This document shows positions 1-8,460 of a stretch of DNA of 41,471 nucleotides, one piece after another. The notes below the pieces were generated by a model. It saw nothing but the letters and a program-made list of their open reading frames with translations, was not told the origin of the DNA and ran no database searches. The stretch lies in the UHGV virus genome UHGV-0125347; one strand, written 5' to 3'. The DNA is from a virus. The position numbers and the translations under genes were made by a program. Numbering within the stretch: position 1 is the first letter of the stretch; each line of letters begins with the position of its first letter.

Positions 1-141
1 TAACATATTTGCCAGTTCGTGTTTAGAGACGATACAGTTTATAGTTTCGTCCTGTGTTACTAATGAGAATCGAACTAGCATTTTTGGGTACATACTTAAC
101 ATTCTAATCTTTTCAACTACTCCTACATAATTAGTTTTCAT
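1..141 (-). CDS. Hypothetical protein, 5' portion (runs off the left edge)
   Basis: Minus-strand ATG at 139-141 preceded by a GGAGG RBS (revcomp of 152-158). Open 47 codons to position 1 (MKTNYVGVVEKIRMLSMYPKML...). Not in the ORF track because it is under 60 aa within the window. Confidence 0.35.
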   Translation of the reverse strand, partial: MKTNYVGVVEKIRMLSMYPKMLVRFSLVTQDETINCIVSKHELANML

Positions 142-213
142 AATATCGGCCTCCTAGCAATATAATTATACCGAATATATGTTCGTGTTGTCTATCGGTT
201 TGTATAAATGTAA

Positions 214-270
214 TAATTTAGGTATATGGTTTTGTTTATTAGTGTAAATAACACTATGTACCTAAAATTT
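214..270. other. Candidate att site (attP-like imperfect inverted repeat) abutting the integrase stop
   Basis: The arms TAATTTAGGTATATGG and CTATGTACCTAAAATTT are an imperfect inverted repeat flanking about 24 bp that contains the small palindrome GTGTaaataACAC. The location directly downstream of the serine-integrase stop is typical for attP of large serine recombinases. Confidence 0.25.
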
Positions 271-1656
271 ATATTTAATAATTACCTCATCATCAAATAG
301 TTCTATACGTTCAACAAACTCTTTGATGATAAGGATTTTATTTTCTGTAGTTTCAGTTTCCCAATTAAAAGTTTTTAACGTTTCAAGCTTATTAATTAAT
401 GATTCACTTTTGGTACCTTCTAAGTTTGATATATTGGCAGTTAACGCATTTATTTCATTATCAATTTTTTTCATACGTTCATTAAGCATTGTGACATCAA
501 ATGTACCATATTGATACAAATCTAGAATTTTTTGTTTTTCGTTATGCTTCTTGGAAATTTGGTTGTTAATAGTGGTGATTTTTGATTTTGTTTTATTTTC
601 AACTTGTTTTAATTCACGTTCGATTTTTTTGAAGTCCAATGATTTAAGTGAATCTATTACTTTCTTTTCAACTACTTCTTGTCTGAGACTAGGTTGTTTG
701 CAGTTCCAATCTTTTACTAACGAAGGTAGCATTTTCTTTACTGATCTACACATATAATAATTATATCGATATTTTTTGCCTCCTGATACATAACGAAATA
801 CTTTAGCTCCGCATTTACCACAATAAGTAATCCCTAATAAAAGTCCTAATTGATTTCCATGCTGTTCGCCACCTTTTTGAGCCTTTCTGACAATAATTTC
901 TTGAGCTTTATCGTACATAGATTTATCAATTATAGGTGTGTGATGGCCATCATACACTTTGCCGTCCCAACTTATTTTGCCAATGTATAATGGATTTGTT
1001 AAGGCATATTTTACTATGGTTAGTGTTTTTACCTTATCTGGGTATTTTGCAACCATACGTTTTGTTATATATTGCTGCCCTTTACCTTGGTTCACATATA
1101 AATCATAGATTTCTTGAATAATTTGCGCTTCGTAATCATTGATAATTAATTCTCCATCCACATAATCGTAACCTAATGGAACAATGCCACTTCCGTGATA
1201 GTATCCTTGTTTTGCACGTTCTGTTCTTCCCATGTGCATTCTTTCTGTAATTGTGTCTCGCTCTAATTGTGCAAAAACGGATAGCATTCCTATCGTCGCA
1301 CGGCCAAAAGGTGTTGATGTGTCAAAGCTTTCTTGCATGCTGATAAAGTCTACATTATTTTTTAGAAATACATCTTCAATTAAATACAATGTATTCTTTT
1401 GTGAACGTGAAAGCCTATCTAATTTGTAGACTAGAACCACATCAATTTTTTTATTTTGAATATCAGATATCATTTCTTGTAATGCAGGGCGCTCCATTTT
1501 TGCTCCTGAAAACCCTGGATCAGTATATACTTTTGTAACTGCCATATCTTTTGCTTTTGCAAAAGCTTTTAGTTTATCTGTTTGTGCGGGAATGCTGTAT
1601 CCTTCCTTGGCTTGTTCCATTGTGGATACACGTATATACAATGCTGCACGTTTCAT
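262..1656 (-). CDS. int: Large serine recombinase (phage integrase)
   Basis: 464 aa. The N-terminus has a resolvase catalytic-domain signature (LYIRVSTMEQ... with the serine nucleophile), followed by a recombinase domain, a Cys-rich zinc-ribbon region (YCGKCGAK...YYMCRS) and a C-terminal coiled coil. Confidence 0.92.
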   Translation of the reverse strand: MKRAALYIRVSTMEQAKEGYSIPAQTDKLKAFAKAKDMAVTKVYTDPGFSGAKMERPALQEMISDIQNKKIDVVLVYKLDRLSRSQKNTLYLIEDVFLKNNVDFISMQESFDTSTPFGRATIGMLSVFAQLERDTITERMHMGRTERAKQGYYHGSGIVPLGYDYVDGELIINDYEAQIIQEIYDLYVNQGKGQQYITKRMVAKYPDKVKTLTIVKYALTNPLYIGKISWDGKVYDGHHTPIIDKSMYDKAQEIIVRKAQKGGEQHGNQLGLLLGITYCGKCGAKVFRYVSGGKKYRYNYYMCRSVKKMLPSLVKDWNCKQPSLRQEVVEKKVIDSLKSLDFKKIERELKQVENKTKSKITTINNQISKKHNEKQKILDLYQYGTFDVTMLNERMKKIDNEINALTANISNLEGTKSESLINKLETLKTFNWETETTENKILIIKEFVERIELFDDEVIIKYKF

Positions 1657-1683
1657 ATAAAATTGCTCCTTTCAATATAAATA

Positions 1684-1857
1684 CTAGTTGTTTTCATCAA
1701 TATTTTCTAACTGTAAAAACAATTTGGCGTAGTCGGATTTCAATTTCTGATATTCTTCTTCGGTAAATATATAGCTAGGTCCAGTGCGAAGGTTTAAATT
1801 TATATATTCGATATTTAGTTCATCGCATAGTCTTTTTTCAACATCATATTTATTCAT
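1684..1857 (-). CDS. Small acidic hypothetical protein upstream of int (57 aa)
   Basis: ATG at 1857-1855 with an AAAGGA RBS, then 57 codons (MNKYDVEKRLCDELNIEYINLNLRTGPSYIFTEEEYQKLKSDYAKLFLQLENIDENN). Not in the ORF track because it is under 60 aa. It has the same orientation as int. Confidence 0.4.
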   Translation of the reverse strand: MNKYDVEKRLCDELNIEYINLNLRTGPSYIFTEEEYQKLKSDYAKLFLQLENIDENN

Positions 1858-1922
1858 AGTATAGTTCCTTTCGAATGTATGTTCTCACTTTTTGAAAAAG
1901 AAAAGCCCCAAGGCTATTCCTT

Positions 1923-2123
1923 TTACTTGAACAAATCCCAAAAGCTAAAAGTTGTTTTACTATACACTTTATTATACATAGCTTTTTTGGGGTTCTTAAT
2001 GAAACCAGTTCCTTTTTGCCCGTAACCAGGAATTACTGCTTTTTTAAGCTTACGTTTAGCTTTTCCAGTAGTACGAGCACTTATTGATTTTTTTATACTT
2101 GGTTTACGCATTCCTACTTTCAT
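1923..2123 (-). CDS. Small lysine-rich basic hypothetical protein
   Basis: 66-aa ORF with an AAAGGAAAC RBS 5 nt before the ATG, lying in the lysogeny operon. Confidence 0.5.
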   Translation of the reverse strand: MKVGMRKPSIKKSISARTTGKAKRKLKKAVIPGYGQKGTGFIKNPKKAMYNKVYSKTTFSFWDLFK

Positions 2124-2148
2124 GTTTGTTTCCTTTCATCTAGTAAAC

Positions 2149-2682
2149 TTAATCTAATGACAATTCAGCTTGTAATGCCTTGTATTTTGAGACAATTTCA
2201 GCTTGTTTAGTATCATAAAGAGCTGAATATGTTTTATAACTTCCTGTTGGATTAGTGGCCAGTTCTTTAAATTCTATGGCATTTAAATAAAATTCTTTAA
2301 CGCTATCAAATTCACTTTCCAAAGATTTATTCTTCATTTTTTTTAATTTTCCAAAAGTATCTTTAGCTTCATTTTCTTGATCCTTAATTTTTGCTAGGGT
2401 TCCTTCTTTAACAAATAAATCCTCTTGAGCAGCTATAGCACTATTAAAATCAGAGTAAGCTTTTCCATCAATAAATGCATATTTATCAAAGATAGCTTGG
2501 TTCCATACTTTCAGATACTTTAGTCCAACTTTGTCAGATGAAACGACTAAATCATAACTTTGTTTTGTTAATGTAGATAAAGATTCTGAGTATTCTTTAT
2601 TGCTAGAACCACATCCAGTTAGAATAAATATACCTACCATACAAACAATTACACTTAAAAGCTTTTTAAACTTTATTTTCAT
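2149..2682 (-). CDS. Prophage lipoprotein (superinfection-exclusion candidate)
   Basis: Signal peptide followed by the lipobox LTGC (MKIKFKKLLSVIVCMVGIFILTGCGSS). Located in the lysogeny module between ImmA and int. Confidence 0.8.
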   Translation of the reverse strand: MKIKFKKLLSVIVCMVGIFILTGCGSSNKEYSESLSTLTKQSYDLVVSSDKVGLKYLKVWNQAIFDKYAFIDGKAYSDFNSAIAAQEDLFVKEGTLAKIKDQENEAKDTFGKLKKMKNKSLESEFDSVKEFYLNAIEFKELATNPTGSYKTYSALYDTKQAEIVSKYKALQAELSLD

Positions 2683-2734
2683 TTTTAAAACTCCCCATTT
2701 CTGATATAATGTATTTATTGAATAATTCTCATAA

Positions 2735-2768
2735 ATGAGGAAAGAGTTCCGTGTTGTAGCACGGGGCT
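2735..2768. terminator. Weak hairpin plus T-run between the ImmA and lipoprotein genes
   Basis: CCGTG-ttgtag-CACGG followed by GGCTTTTTTATT. Short 5-bp GC stem. Confidence 0.3.
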
Positions 2769-2771
2769 TTT

Positions 2772-3245
2772 TTATTGTAAATTTGTATTTAAAATCATGA
2801 CTGACAAATCATTAAACTCAAAAATTCTTCCTTTATAAAAATGGGTATCACCAAATTTTTGACGATAATAGGCGAGTACATTTTTTAGCGTTTCAACGTC
2901 TACCCCTAAAAATTCAGCGCACGTGTAATGATTACTGAATCCTGATTCTGAACACTTAATTAAATCATCTAAAGTGACTAATTGTTCTAAAGCATATTGT
3001 CTAGCTTTTAATTCTTGTTTGCGATTTTCTAAACAATCCTGGTTTAATATATCGCCAAACGAGGTATCATGGTGACCAAGTTCTTCAGCTAGCACATTTC
3101 TTTTTTCAACTAGACTCAACGATTTTTCAATATAAATTCTACCATCACGGTACAACCCATAGCATCCAGTATTTTGAAACAAATCTGTTTCAATAACTGG
3201 TGCTTTTTTCTGTACCTCTGACACCAACAGTTCATATTCGTTCAT
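2772..3245 (-). CDS. ImmA/IrrE-family (DUF955-like) metallopeptidase, partner of the repressor
   Basis: Contains AEELGHH (an HEXXH-like zinc-peptidase motif). Sits immediately downstream of the XRE repressor. The preferred start is ATG at 3245 (MNEYELL..) with an AGGAGT RBS directly after the repressor stop at 3262, rather than the track start at 3329. Confidence 0.72.
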   Translation of the reverse strand: MNEYELLVSEVQKKAPVIETDLFQNTGCYGLYRDGRIYIEKSLSLVEKRNVLAEELGHHDTSFGDILNQDCLENRKQELKARQYALEQLVTLDDLIKCSESGFSNHYTCAEFLGVDVETLKNVLAYYRQKFGDTHFYKGRIFEFNDLSVMILNTNLQ

Positions 3246-3261
3246 AAAATACTCCTGAAAA

Positions 3262-3792
3262 TTATTCTTTATCATCTGATTCATCAAAAAGATGTTTACA
3301 TTCTTTTTGCTTTCTATCATAATCAGCATCCACTTTATCTAGAAATTGATTAATGTTAAGTTTCTCTTCATCAGTAAATACTTTATCAGGATCTGGTGAA
3401 TGCGCAGCTAAAGTATCATATTTTTTCTTGTTAATGTTAACCACATTATTAGAAATTTTGTTTTGTTGTACTAATTGTTCTTTCGCAGTATCATATACAA
3501 TTTTTTGTCTTTCTGGTTCTAATTGATTATATGTTTCTTCTATAGAAGAAACAGGTTTAATATTTTTTTCAATCCCAAGCATATAGTCTGTAGATATATT
3601 AAATATTTCAGCAAGTAATTTAAGCTCTTTTCCTCTAGGGAGACTATCACCACTTTCCCATTTTGAGACAGTTGTATAATTTTTATATCCTAACATCTCT
3701 GCCAGTTCAGTTTGAGTTAGATTTTTTGTTTCACGTAAGTTTTTCAGTCTTTGAGCAAAGATAGTACCATGTGTATCTTTCATTAAGTTCAC
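3262..3792 (-). CDS. XRE-family HTH repressor (CI-like)
   Basis: HTH_3 signature LTQTELAEMLGYKNYTTVSKWESGDSLP. Divergent from a Cro-like gene and sits first in the int-proximal operon. RBS GCGAGGTGA. Confidence 0.85.
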   Translation of the reverse strand: MNLMKDTHGTIFAQRLKNLRETKNLTQTELAEMLGYKNYTTVSKWESGDSLPRGKELKLLAEIFNISTDYMLGIEKNIKPVSSIEETYNQLEPERQKIVYDTAKEQLVQQNKISNNVVNINKKKYDTLAAHSPDPDKVFTDEEKLNINQFLDKVDADYDRKQKECKHLFDESDDKE

Positions 3793-3955
3793 CTCGCTTT
3801 CATGATTACAGTATATCCTTAGTATGAATTAAAATCAACATATAATATATAGAAAACACTATAAAATAAAAAAATATGAAAATAATTCATAAAACGTTTG
3901 ACTATGAATTTAATTCATGTTAGGATGTTTTTGTAAACAAAAGGAGGTGAGAAAA
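3793..3955. promoter_or_regulatory. Divergent early promoter / operator region
   Basis: Minus-strand promoter TTGATT-17-TATACT (about 3837-3809) for the repressor. Plus-strand promoter TTGACT(3897-3902)-17-TAGGAT for cro. Repeated operator-like half-sites TATGAATT/AATTCATA at about 3822-3836, 3875-3890 and 3903-3918, the last lying within the cro promoter spacer. Confidence 0.6.
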
Positions 3956-4156
3956 ATGGTTAATATTGCTGAATTAAGAATGAGACATGGAAAGATGTCT
4001 CAAAAAGAACTTGCCAAGGAGTTAGGAACAGAGCAAGCTAATATTAGTCGGTGGGAAAATAATCCATTGAGTATGAACTCTAAGAATCTCATCAAAGTAG
4101 CTTTATATTTCAATGTTTCTATTGATGATTTGTTAGGGGTAGATAAATCAGCTTAA
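3956..4156 (+). CDS. Cro-like XRE HTH protein
   Basis: 66 aa (MVNIAELRMRHGKMSQKELAKELGTEQANISRWEN). Strong RBS AAGGAGGTG. The track start at 3917 was rejected in favour of the ATG at 3956. Confidence 0.8.
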   Translation: MVNIAELRMRHGKMSQKELAKELGTEQANISRWENNPLSMNSKNLIKVALYFNVSIDDLLGVDKSA

Positions 4157-4169
4157 TTTTTTTAAATAT

Positions 4170-4190
4170 CATATGAATTTAATTCATATG
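4170..4190. promoter_or_regulatory. Perfect 21-bp palindrome operator (CATATGAATTtAATTCATATG)
   Basis: Perfect 10-bp arms around one central base. Same half-site family as the operators in 3793-3955. Overlaps the ATG of the next ORF. Confidence 0.5.
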
Positions 4191-4394
4191 AGGGAGGATG
4201 TGTTCTATTTGTCAAAAGAAATAAAAGTGCGATCATTTTTAGCTGATGGTACAGAAATTTTTGTTAATCCAAAAACAGGAATGTACGATCCGCCAGTATC
4301 ACCGCCTATTGAAAGTCAGAAGCGTGTGTTAGATATTATCAACAATAGACGAATTGCAGATGCAGAACGAGCGAATAACACGAAGGTTGTCTAA
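4173..4394 (+). CDS. Hypothetical protein
   Basis: 73-aa ORF after cro. An internal GAGGGAGG precedes an in-frame GTG at 4200, so the start is uncertain. Confidence 0.45.
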   Translation: MNLIHMREDVFYLSKEIKVRSFLADGTEIFVNPKTGMYDPPVSPPIESQKRVLDIINNRRIADAERANNTKVV

Positions 4395-4396
4395 TT

Positions 4397-4585
4397 ATGG
4401 GGTATAGCGAAAGACAACAAAAACAAATTCTAAAGTGGATTCAAAATGATAGAAGGGCTATTCAAGAAGATCGTGAAGCCTTAAAAAAAGCTGACATGCT
4501 GACCAGTAGGAAAATGGAGCAATTTCAAAGTGAATTAGAATTCTTAAGGGAAATGGAGTTAGAGAATAAGGGGCAACGTCTATGA
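4397..4585 (+). CDS. Hypothetical coiled-coil protein
   Basis: 62 aa, charged and helical. Its stop overlaps the next start (ATGA). Confidence 0.5.
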   Translation: MGYSERQQKQILKWIQNDRRAIQEDREALKKADMLTSRKMEQFQSELEFLREMELENKGQRL

Positions 4586-4722
4586 GAGCTTTAACAATAA
4601 TAACCACGACAGTATTTAGTCTAATAGCATTAGTTGATATATTTACTGGTCATTTTATTCAAGCCGGAATGTTTGGTGTCATAGCATTATTTGCCAGCGT
4701 TGCTTACAGGAGGCGGTTGTGA
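4582..4722 (+). CDS. Small two-TM membrane protein (46 aa)
   Basis: MRALTIITTTVFSLIALVDIFTGHFIQAGMFGVIALFASVAYRRRL. ATG overlaps the upstream TGA. Under 60 aa, so absent from the ORF track. Confidence 0.4.
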   Translation: MRALTIITTTVFSLIALVDIFTGHFIQAGMFGVIALFASVAYRRRL

Positions 4723-4925
4723 TGAAAGAGCTGTATAAATCACGCTTAGTCGGTGCTTTCATAGGATTAGCTATAGTTGGCGCAATATTAGCACTAAGTA
4801 CTCCTGTTGGGTGGTTAGTGGCTATAGCTGGTAGCGCAAGTCTTACATGGTTTGCAAATGATACAGAAGTCCAGTGGGATTTATATGAAAAATCGATTGA
4901 AAGGAAAGAAAAAGATGTTGAATGA
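4722..4925 (+). CDS. Small two-TM membrane protein
   Basis: Two hydrophobic helices (LVGAFIGLAIVGAILAL and VGWLVAIAGSASLTWF). TGATG overlap with the upstream ORF. Confidence 0.5.
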   Translation: MKELYKSRLVGAFIGLAIVGAILALSTPVGWLVAIAGSASLTWFANDTEVQWDLYEKSIERKEKDVE

Positions 4926-5109
4926 AAATGAGGCTTTCTTAGTGCGTGAAACCGTCCGAGAAAAGGTTGAATCATTGCAAGACACAGTACGCCATGAAAG
5001 TGCTAAACACCCAATGAAACAAGATATCCATACGTTGAAACATTTTCAAAAAGAACTAGATCGTTATGAAAGAATTTATCAAAAAATGTTAAACGAAGTG
5101 GGATGTTAA
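4915..5109 (+). CDS. Hypothetical protein
   Basis: ATG at 4915 after a GGAAAG RBS (MLNENEAFLVRE...). The track start at 4852 overlaps the previous gene and was rejected. Confidence 0.45.
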   Translation: MLNENEAFLVRETVREKVESLQDTVRHESAKHPMKQDIHTLKHFQKELDRYERIYQKMLNEVGC

Positions 5110-5215
5110 ACGATGAATGAAATCGAAAAAAAGAGCCTACCTCGTTTGCAGACGAAGTCAGGCACTAAACAAAAATTATACAAGTAAATAATAACACGGA
5201 AATAGAGAAAGTTAA

Positions 5216-5232
5216 ATGACAATGTCACATTG
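5216..5232. promoter_or_regulatory. Perfect 17-bp palindrome GACAATGTcACATTGTC upstream of the recombination module
   Basis: 8-bp perfect arms, lying about 30 bp upstream of the ATPase RBS. Confidence 0.35.
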
Positions 5233-5260
5233 TCTAGTTTCTCAGAAGGAGAGTGAAAAT

Positions 5261-6568
5261 ATGACAGTGAAGATTAACAGTTTAGAAGTAGAAAACGTTA
5301 AACGTGTTAAAGCAGTAGTAATCCAACCTAATGAAAATGGATTGACAATTCTTGGCGGGAATAATAACCAAGGAAAGACAAGTGTCTTAGATGCAATTGC
5401 ATGGGCCTTGGGTGGAAATAAGTATAAACCTTCAAATCCCTACCGTGAAGGCTCTGTGAATCCACCAAACTTAAAAATAACTATGAACAACGGCCTAGTA
5501 GTAGAGCGAAAAGGTAAAAACAGCTCTCTCACTGTTTTGGATCCAGAAGGAAATAAAGGTGGACAACAATTGCTCAATAGCTTTGTAGAAGAATTAGCCA
5601 TTAATTTACCTAAATTCATGGAATCAACAAGCAAAGAAAAAGCGGCCACTTTATTACAGATTATTGGTATTGGTGATCAATTAATGTTGCTAGATCGAAA
5701 AGAACAAGAAATATATAACGAACGCTATCAAGTTGGTCGTATTGCAGATCAAAAGAAAAAGTTCGCTGAAGAACAAATTCATTATGCTGATGCACCAAAG
5801 GAATTAGTATCAACTTTTGATTTAATTCAACAACAGCAAACTGTGCTAGCTAAGAATGGTGAGAATCAAAAAAAGAGAGAAAATGTTCAACGCCTACAAA
5901 CACAGTTTGATTATGAAACGCAAGAAGTTGAAAGAGTGCGTCATCAGTTAGCGCAAATGGAAGAAAAGCTCAAAATCACAGAAAGTGATTTAGCAACAGC
6001 GAAAATGTCCGCTCAAGATTTACAAGATCAATCAACTACTGAATTAGAACAAAATATTCAAAATATTGACGAAATCAATCGTAAAGTTCGAGCAAATCTT
6101 GATAAAGAAAAAGCTGAACAGGAAGCTGAAGACTATTTAAATCAGTACAAAGAATTATCTGATGCAATTGATCTTATACGTGAAGAGCGTATGAAGTTAT
6201 TAGAAAACGCTGACTTGCCACTACCTGAATTATCAGTAAAAGATGGTGAGTTGGTTTATAAAGGACAGCAGTGGGACAACATGAGTGGTTCAGATCAATT
6301 AAAAGTATCAACTGCAATCGTACGCAAACTAAAACCTCAATGTGGCTTTGTTTTGTTAGATAAATTGGAACAGATGGATATGATTACACTTAATGAATTT
6401 AGTCAGTGGCTGCAACAAGAAGGATTACAAGCCATTGCTACCAGAGTGTCTACTGGGGAAGAATGTAGCATAATTATTGAAGATGGATATGTAACTGAAA
6501 ATAAATTAGTTGGGGGCGGAACCCCACCTCAACAAGTAAAACCAACATGGACGAAAGGAGCATTCTAA
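5261..6568 (+). CDS. SMC/RecF/SbcC-like AAA ATPase (phage recombination/repair)
   Basis: N-terminal Walker A region (ILGGNNNQGKTSVLDAIAWALGG), a long central coiled coil and a C-terminal Walker-B-like region (GFVLLDKLEQMD). RBS AAGGAGAG. The start was moved from the track's 5216 to the ATG at 5261. Confidence 0.72.
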   Translation: MTVKINSLEVENVKRVKAVVIQPNENGLTILGGNNNQGKTSVLDAIAWALGGNKYKPSNPYREGSVNPPNLKITMNNGLVVERKGKNSSLTVLDPEGNKGGQQLLNSFVEELAINLPKFMESTSKEKAATLLQIIGIGDQLMLLDRKEQEIYNERYQVGRIADQKKKFAEEQIHYADAPKELVSTFDLIQQQQTVLAKNGENQKKRENVQRLQTQFDYETQEVERVRHQLAQMEEKLKITESDLATAKMSAQDLQDQSTTELEQNIQNIDEINRKVRANLDKEKAEQEAEDYLNQYKELSDAIDLIREERMKLLENADLPLPELSVKDGELVYKGQQWDNMSGSDQLKVSTAIVRKLKPQCGFVLLDKLEQMDMITLNEFSQWLQQEGLQAIATRVSTGEECSIIIEDGYVTENKLVGGGTPPQQVKPTWTKGAF

Positions 6569-6571
6569 TTT

Positions 6572-7618
6572 ATGAACATTACACGTGGAGTAATTGCGAA
6601 AGCACAAAAATCAGTGATTTATGGACCCGAAGGAATTGGGAAATCCACTTTGGCAGCCGAGTTCCCAGATCCACTATTTATTGATACTGAAGGAAGTACT
6701 AATAATATGAACGTTGCCCGAATGGATAAACCAACTAGTTGGAGTATGTTGATGCAGCAGATTGAATTTGTTAAGCAAACAATGCCATGTAAAACATTAG
6801 TTATAGATACAGCAGACTGGGCAGAACGGTTGTGCATTGAGTTTATAACTAGCAGCGCAAATAAAACAAGTATTACCCAATTCGGTTATGGAGAGGGCTT
6901 TATAAAATTAGAAGAAGAATTTGGGCGTTTCTTAAACAAGCTATCAGATTTAACGGAACTAGGAATTAACGTTGTTCTTACAGCTCATGCAAAAATTGTA
7001 AAGTTTGAACAGCCAGATGAAATGGGTGCTTATGACCGGTGGGAATTAAAATTAGGTAATAAGACGACAGCTAAAACAGCCTCAATAACTAAAGAATGGG
7101 GAGACATGGTTTTATTTTGTAATTACAAAACTTTATCTATTGCTGCGGATGATAAAGGAAGTAAATTTAAAGGTCAAGGTGGAAAACGAGTTATTTATAC
7201 GACACATCATCCAGCATGGGATGCTAAGAATCGTTTTAGTTTACCAGATGAAATGGACATGAGATTTGCTGGATTAGCACATATTTTTGCGCCCAAGAAT
7301 CCTTTGCCAGTGCAACAACCAGTAATGGAACCGCAAGTACAAGAGAATCATCAAGAATTACAGTCAGAACCACAAGTACAATCTATTAACGATTCATCGG
7401 TTGACTATACAGGTATTCCACAAAACTTAGTCGATTTAATGAAAGCTAACAACGTTTTACCAGAAGAAATTATGGCAGCTACAGAGTCTAAAGGTTATTA
7501 CCCAACAGGTACCCCAATTCAGAATTATGATCTTGGTTACATTGATGGAGTATTGGTTGCAGCTTGGCCAGATGTGTTTGCGATGATTCAAGAAATTAGA
7601 AAACAAAAAGTAAACTAG
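6572..7618 (+). CDS. Sak4-like (AAA_24, RecA-like) ssDNA-annealing ATPase
   Basis: VIYGPEGIGKSTLAAEF Walker A and the overall length are typical of phage Sak4 as I recall the family. Has a Q/P-rich C-terminal region. Confidence 0.75.
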   Translation: MNITRGVIAKAQKSVIYGPEGIGKSTLAAEFPDPLFIDTEGSTNNMNVARMDKPTSWSMLMQQIEFVKQTMPCKTLVIDTADWAERLCIEFITSSANKTSITQFGYGEGFIKLEEEFGRFLNKLSDLTELGINVVLTAHAKIVKFEQPDEMGAYDRWELKLGNKTTAKTASITKEWGDMVLFCNYKTLSIAADDKGSKFKGQGGKRVIYTTHHPAWDAKNRFSLPDEMDMRFAGLAHIFAPKNPLPVQQPVMEPQVQENHQELQSEPQVQSINDSSVDYTGIPQNLVDLMKANNVLPEEIMAATESKGYYPTGTPIQNYDLGYIDGVLVAAWPDVFAMIQEIRKQKVN

Positions 7619-7630
7619 GAGGAAAAAATA

Positions 7631-8215
7631 ATGACACAACAATTTCAGCAAGATAGAGAACTAGGATGGGACGATACTATCCAACAAGATAATGATGGAG
7701 GTTTATTGTTAGAGCCAGGAGATTATATTTTTGAAGTAGTTAAATTCGAAAGATCTCGTTATACACCTAGAAGTGGGGATGCAAAACTTCCAGCTTGTAA
7801 TATGGCTAAATTAGAATTGAAAATCCAAACAGCTCAAGGGACAGCCATCGTCTTCAATAATTTATATTTGCATACTTCTACAGAAGGGTTATTGTCCGCT
7901 TTCTTTGCTTCAATTGGCCAAAAGAAAAAAGGAGAGCCATTACAAATGAATTGGACTTTAGTTCCTGGATCAAAAGGTGCAGTGAAAATTAAACATCGTT
8001 CATATAATAACAACACATACAACGATGTAGATCGTTTCTATCCAAGTGACGACAGCTACTATCAAACAAAAGAAATGCCTGAGATTGTTAAACAGTTACA
8101 ACAGCCAATTCAAGGAACTCAACCAGGAATGCCACAACAAAACAATTGGCAAGCACCACAGGCACCACATCCAGCTCAACAGCCAACTCAGGGATATCAA
8201 CCAGGAGCATTTTAG
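7631..8215 (+). CDS. Putative phage ssDNA-binding protein (DUF669-like position) with a Q/P-rich C-terminal tail
   Basis: Immediately follows the Sak4-like gene. The C-terminus ends ...GYQPGAF. Confidence 0.45.
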   Translation: MTQQFQQDRELGWDDTIQQDNDGGLLLEPGDYIFEVVKFERSRYTPRSGDAKLPACNMAKLELKIQTAQGTAIVFNNLYLHTSTEGLLSAFFASIGQKKKGEPLQMNWTLVPGSKGAVKIKHRSYNNNTYNDVDRFYPSDDSYYQTKEMPEIVKQLQQPIQGTQPGMPQQNNWQAPQAPHPAQQPTQGYQPGAF

Positions 8216-8226
8216 GAGAAACAGTT

Positions 8227-8460
8227 ATGGATAAAACAAGAAAAATTAATTTTACTGGAGGATTTGTGGAACTTTTTGTTCCGCTTCCGCCAGTATATGA
8301 ACAAGGGTGTTGGAAAATGAGAGTTATTGGAAAGATTACAGCTTCTGATGAAACTACAAAAGCCGAAGGAAGAAAAATCCTAATAAATAAAGGATTTACA
8401 ACTAACGGCAATAAGGCAAACGAATTTTATAAAACGGTTATTCTTTTGGACGATTTGTAA
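8227..8460 (+). CDS. Hypothetical protein
   Basis: ATG at 8227 after AGGAGA (MDKTRKINFTGG...). The track's 8146 start lies in an overlap. Confidence 0.5.
   Translation: MDKTRKINFTGGFVELFVPLPPVYEQGCWKMRVIGKITASDETTKAEGRKILINKGFTTNGNKANEFYKTVILLDDL

Noticed and set aside
323-1766. Plus-strand ORFs 323-514, 551-757, 936-1121, 1232-1429 and 1551-1766 inside the integrase gene
   Set aside because: Antisense to a well-supported 464-aa recombinase. Low-complexity translations typical of AT-rich antisense frames.
4679-4975. Minus-strand 98-aa ORF
   Set aside because: Overlaps the coupled small membrane-protein genes on the plus strand. No RBS.
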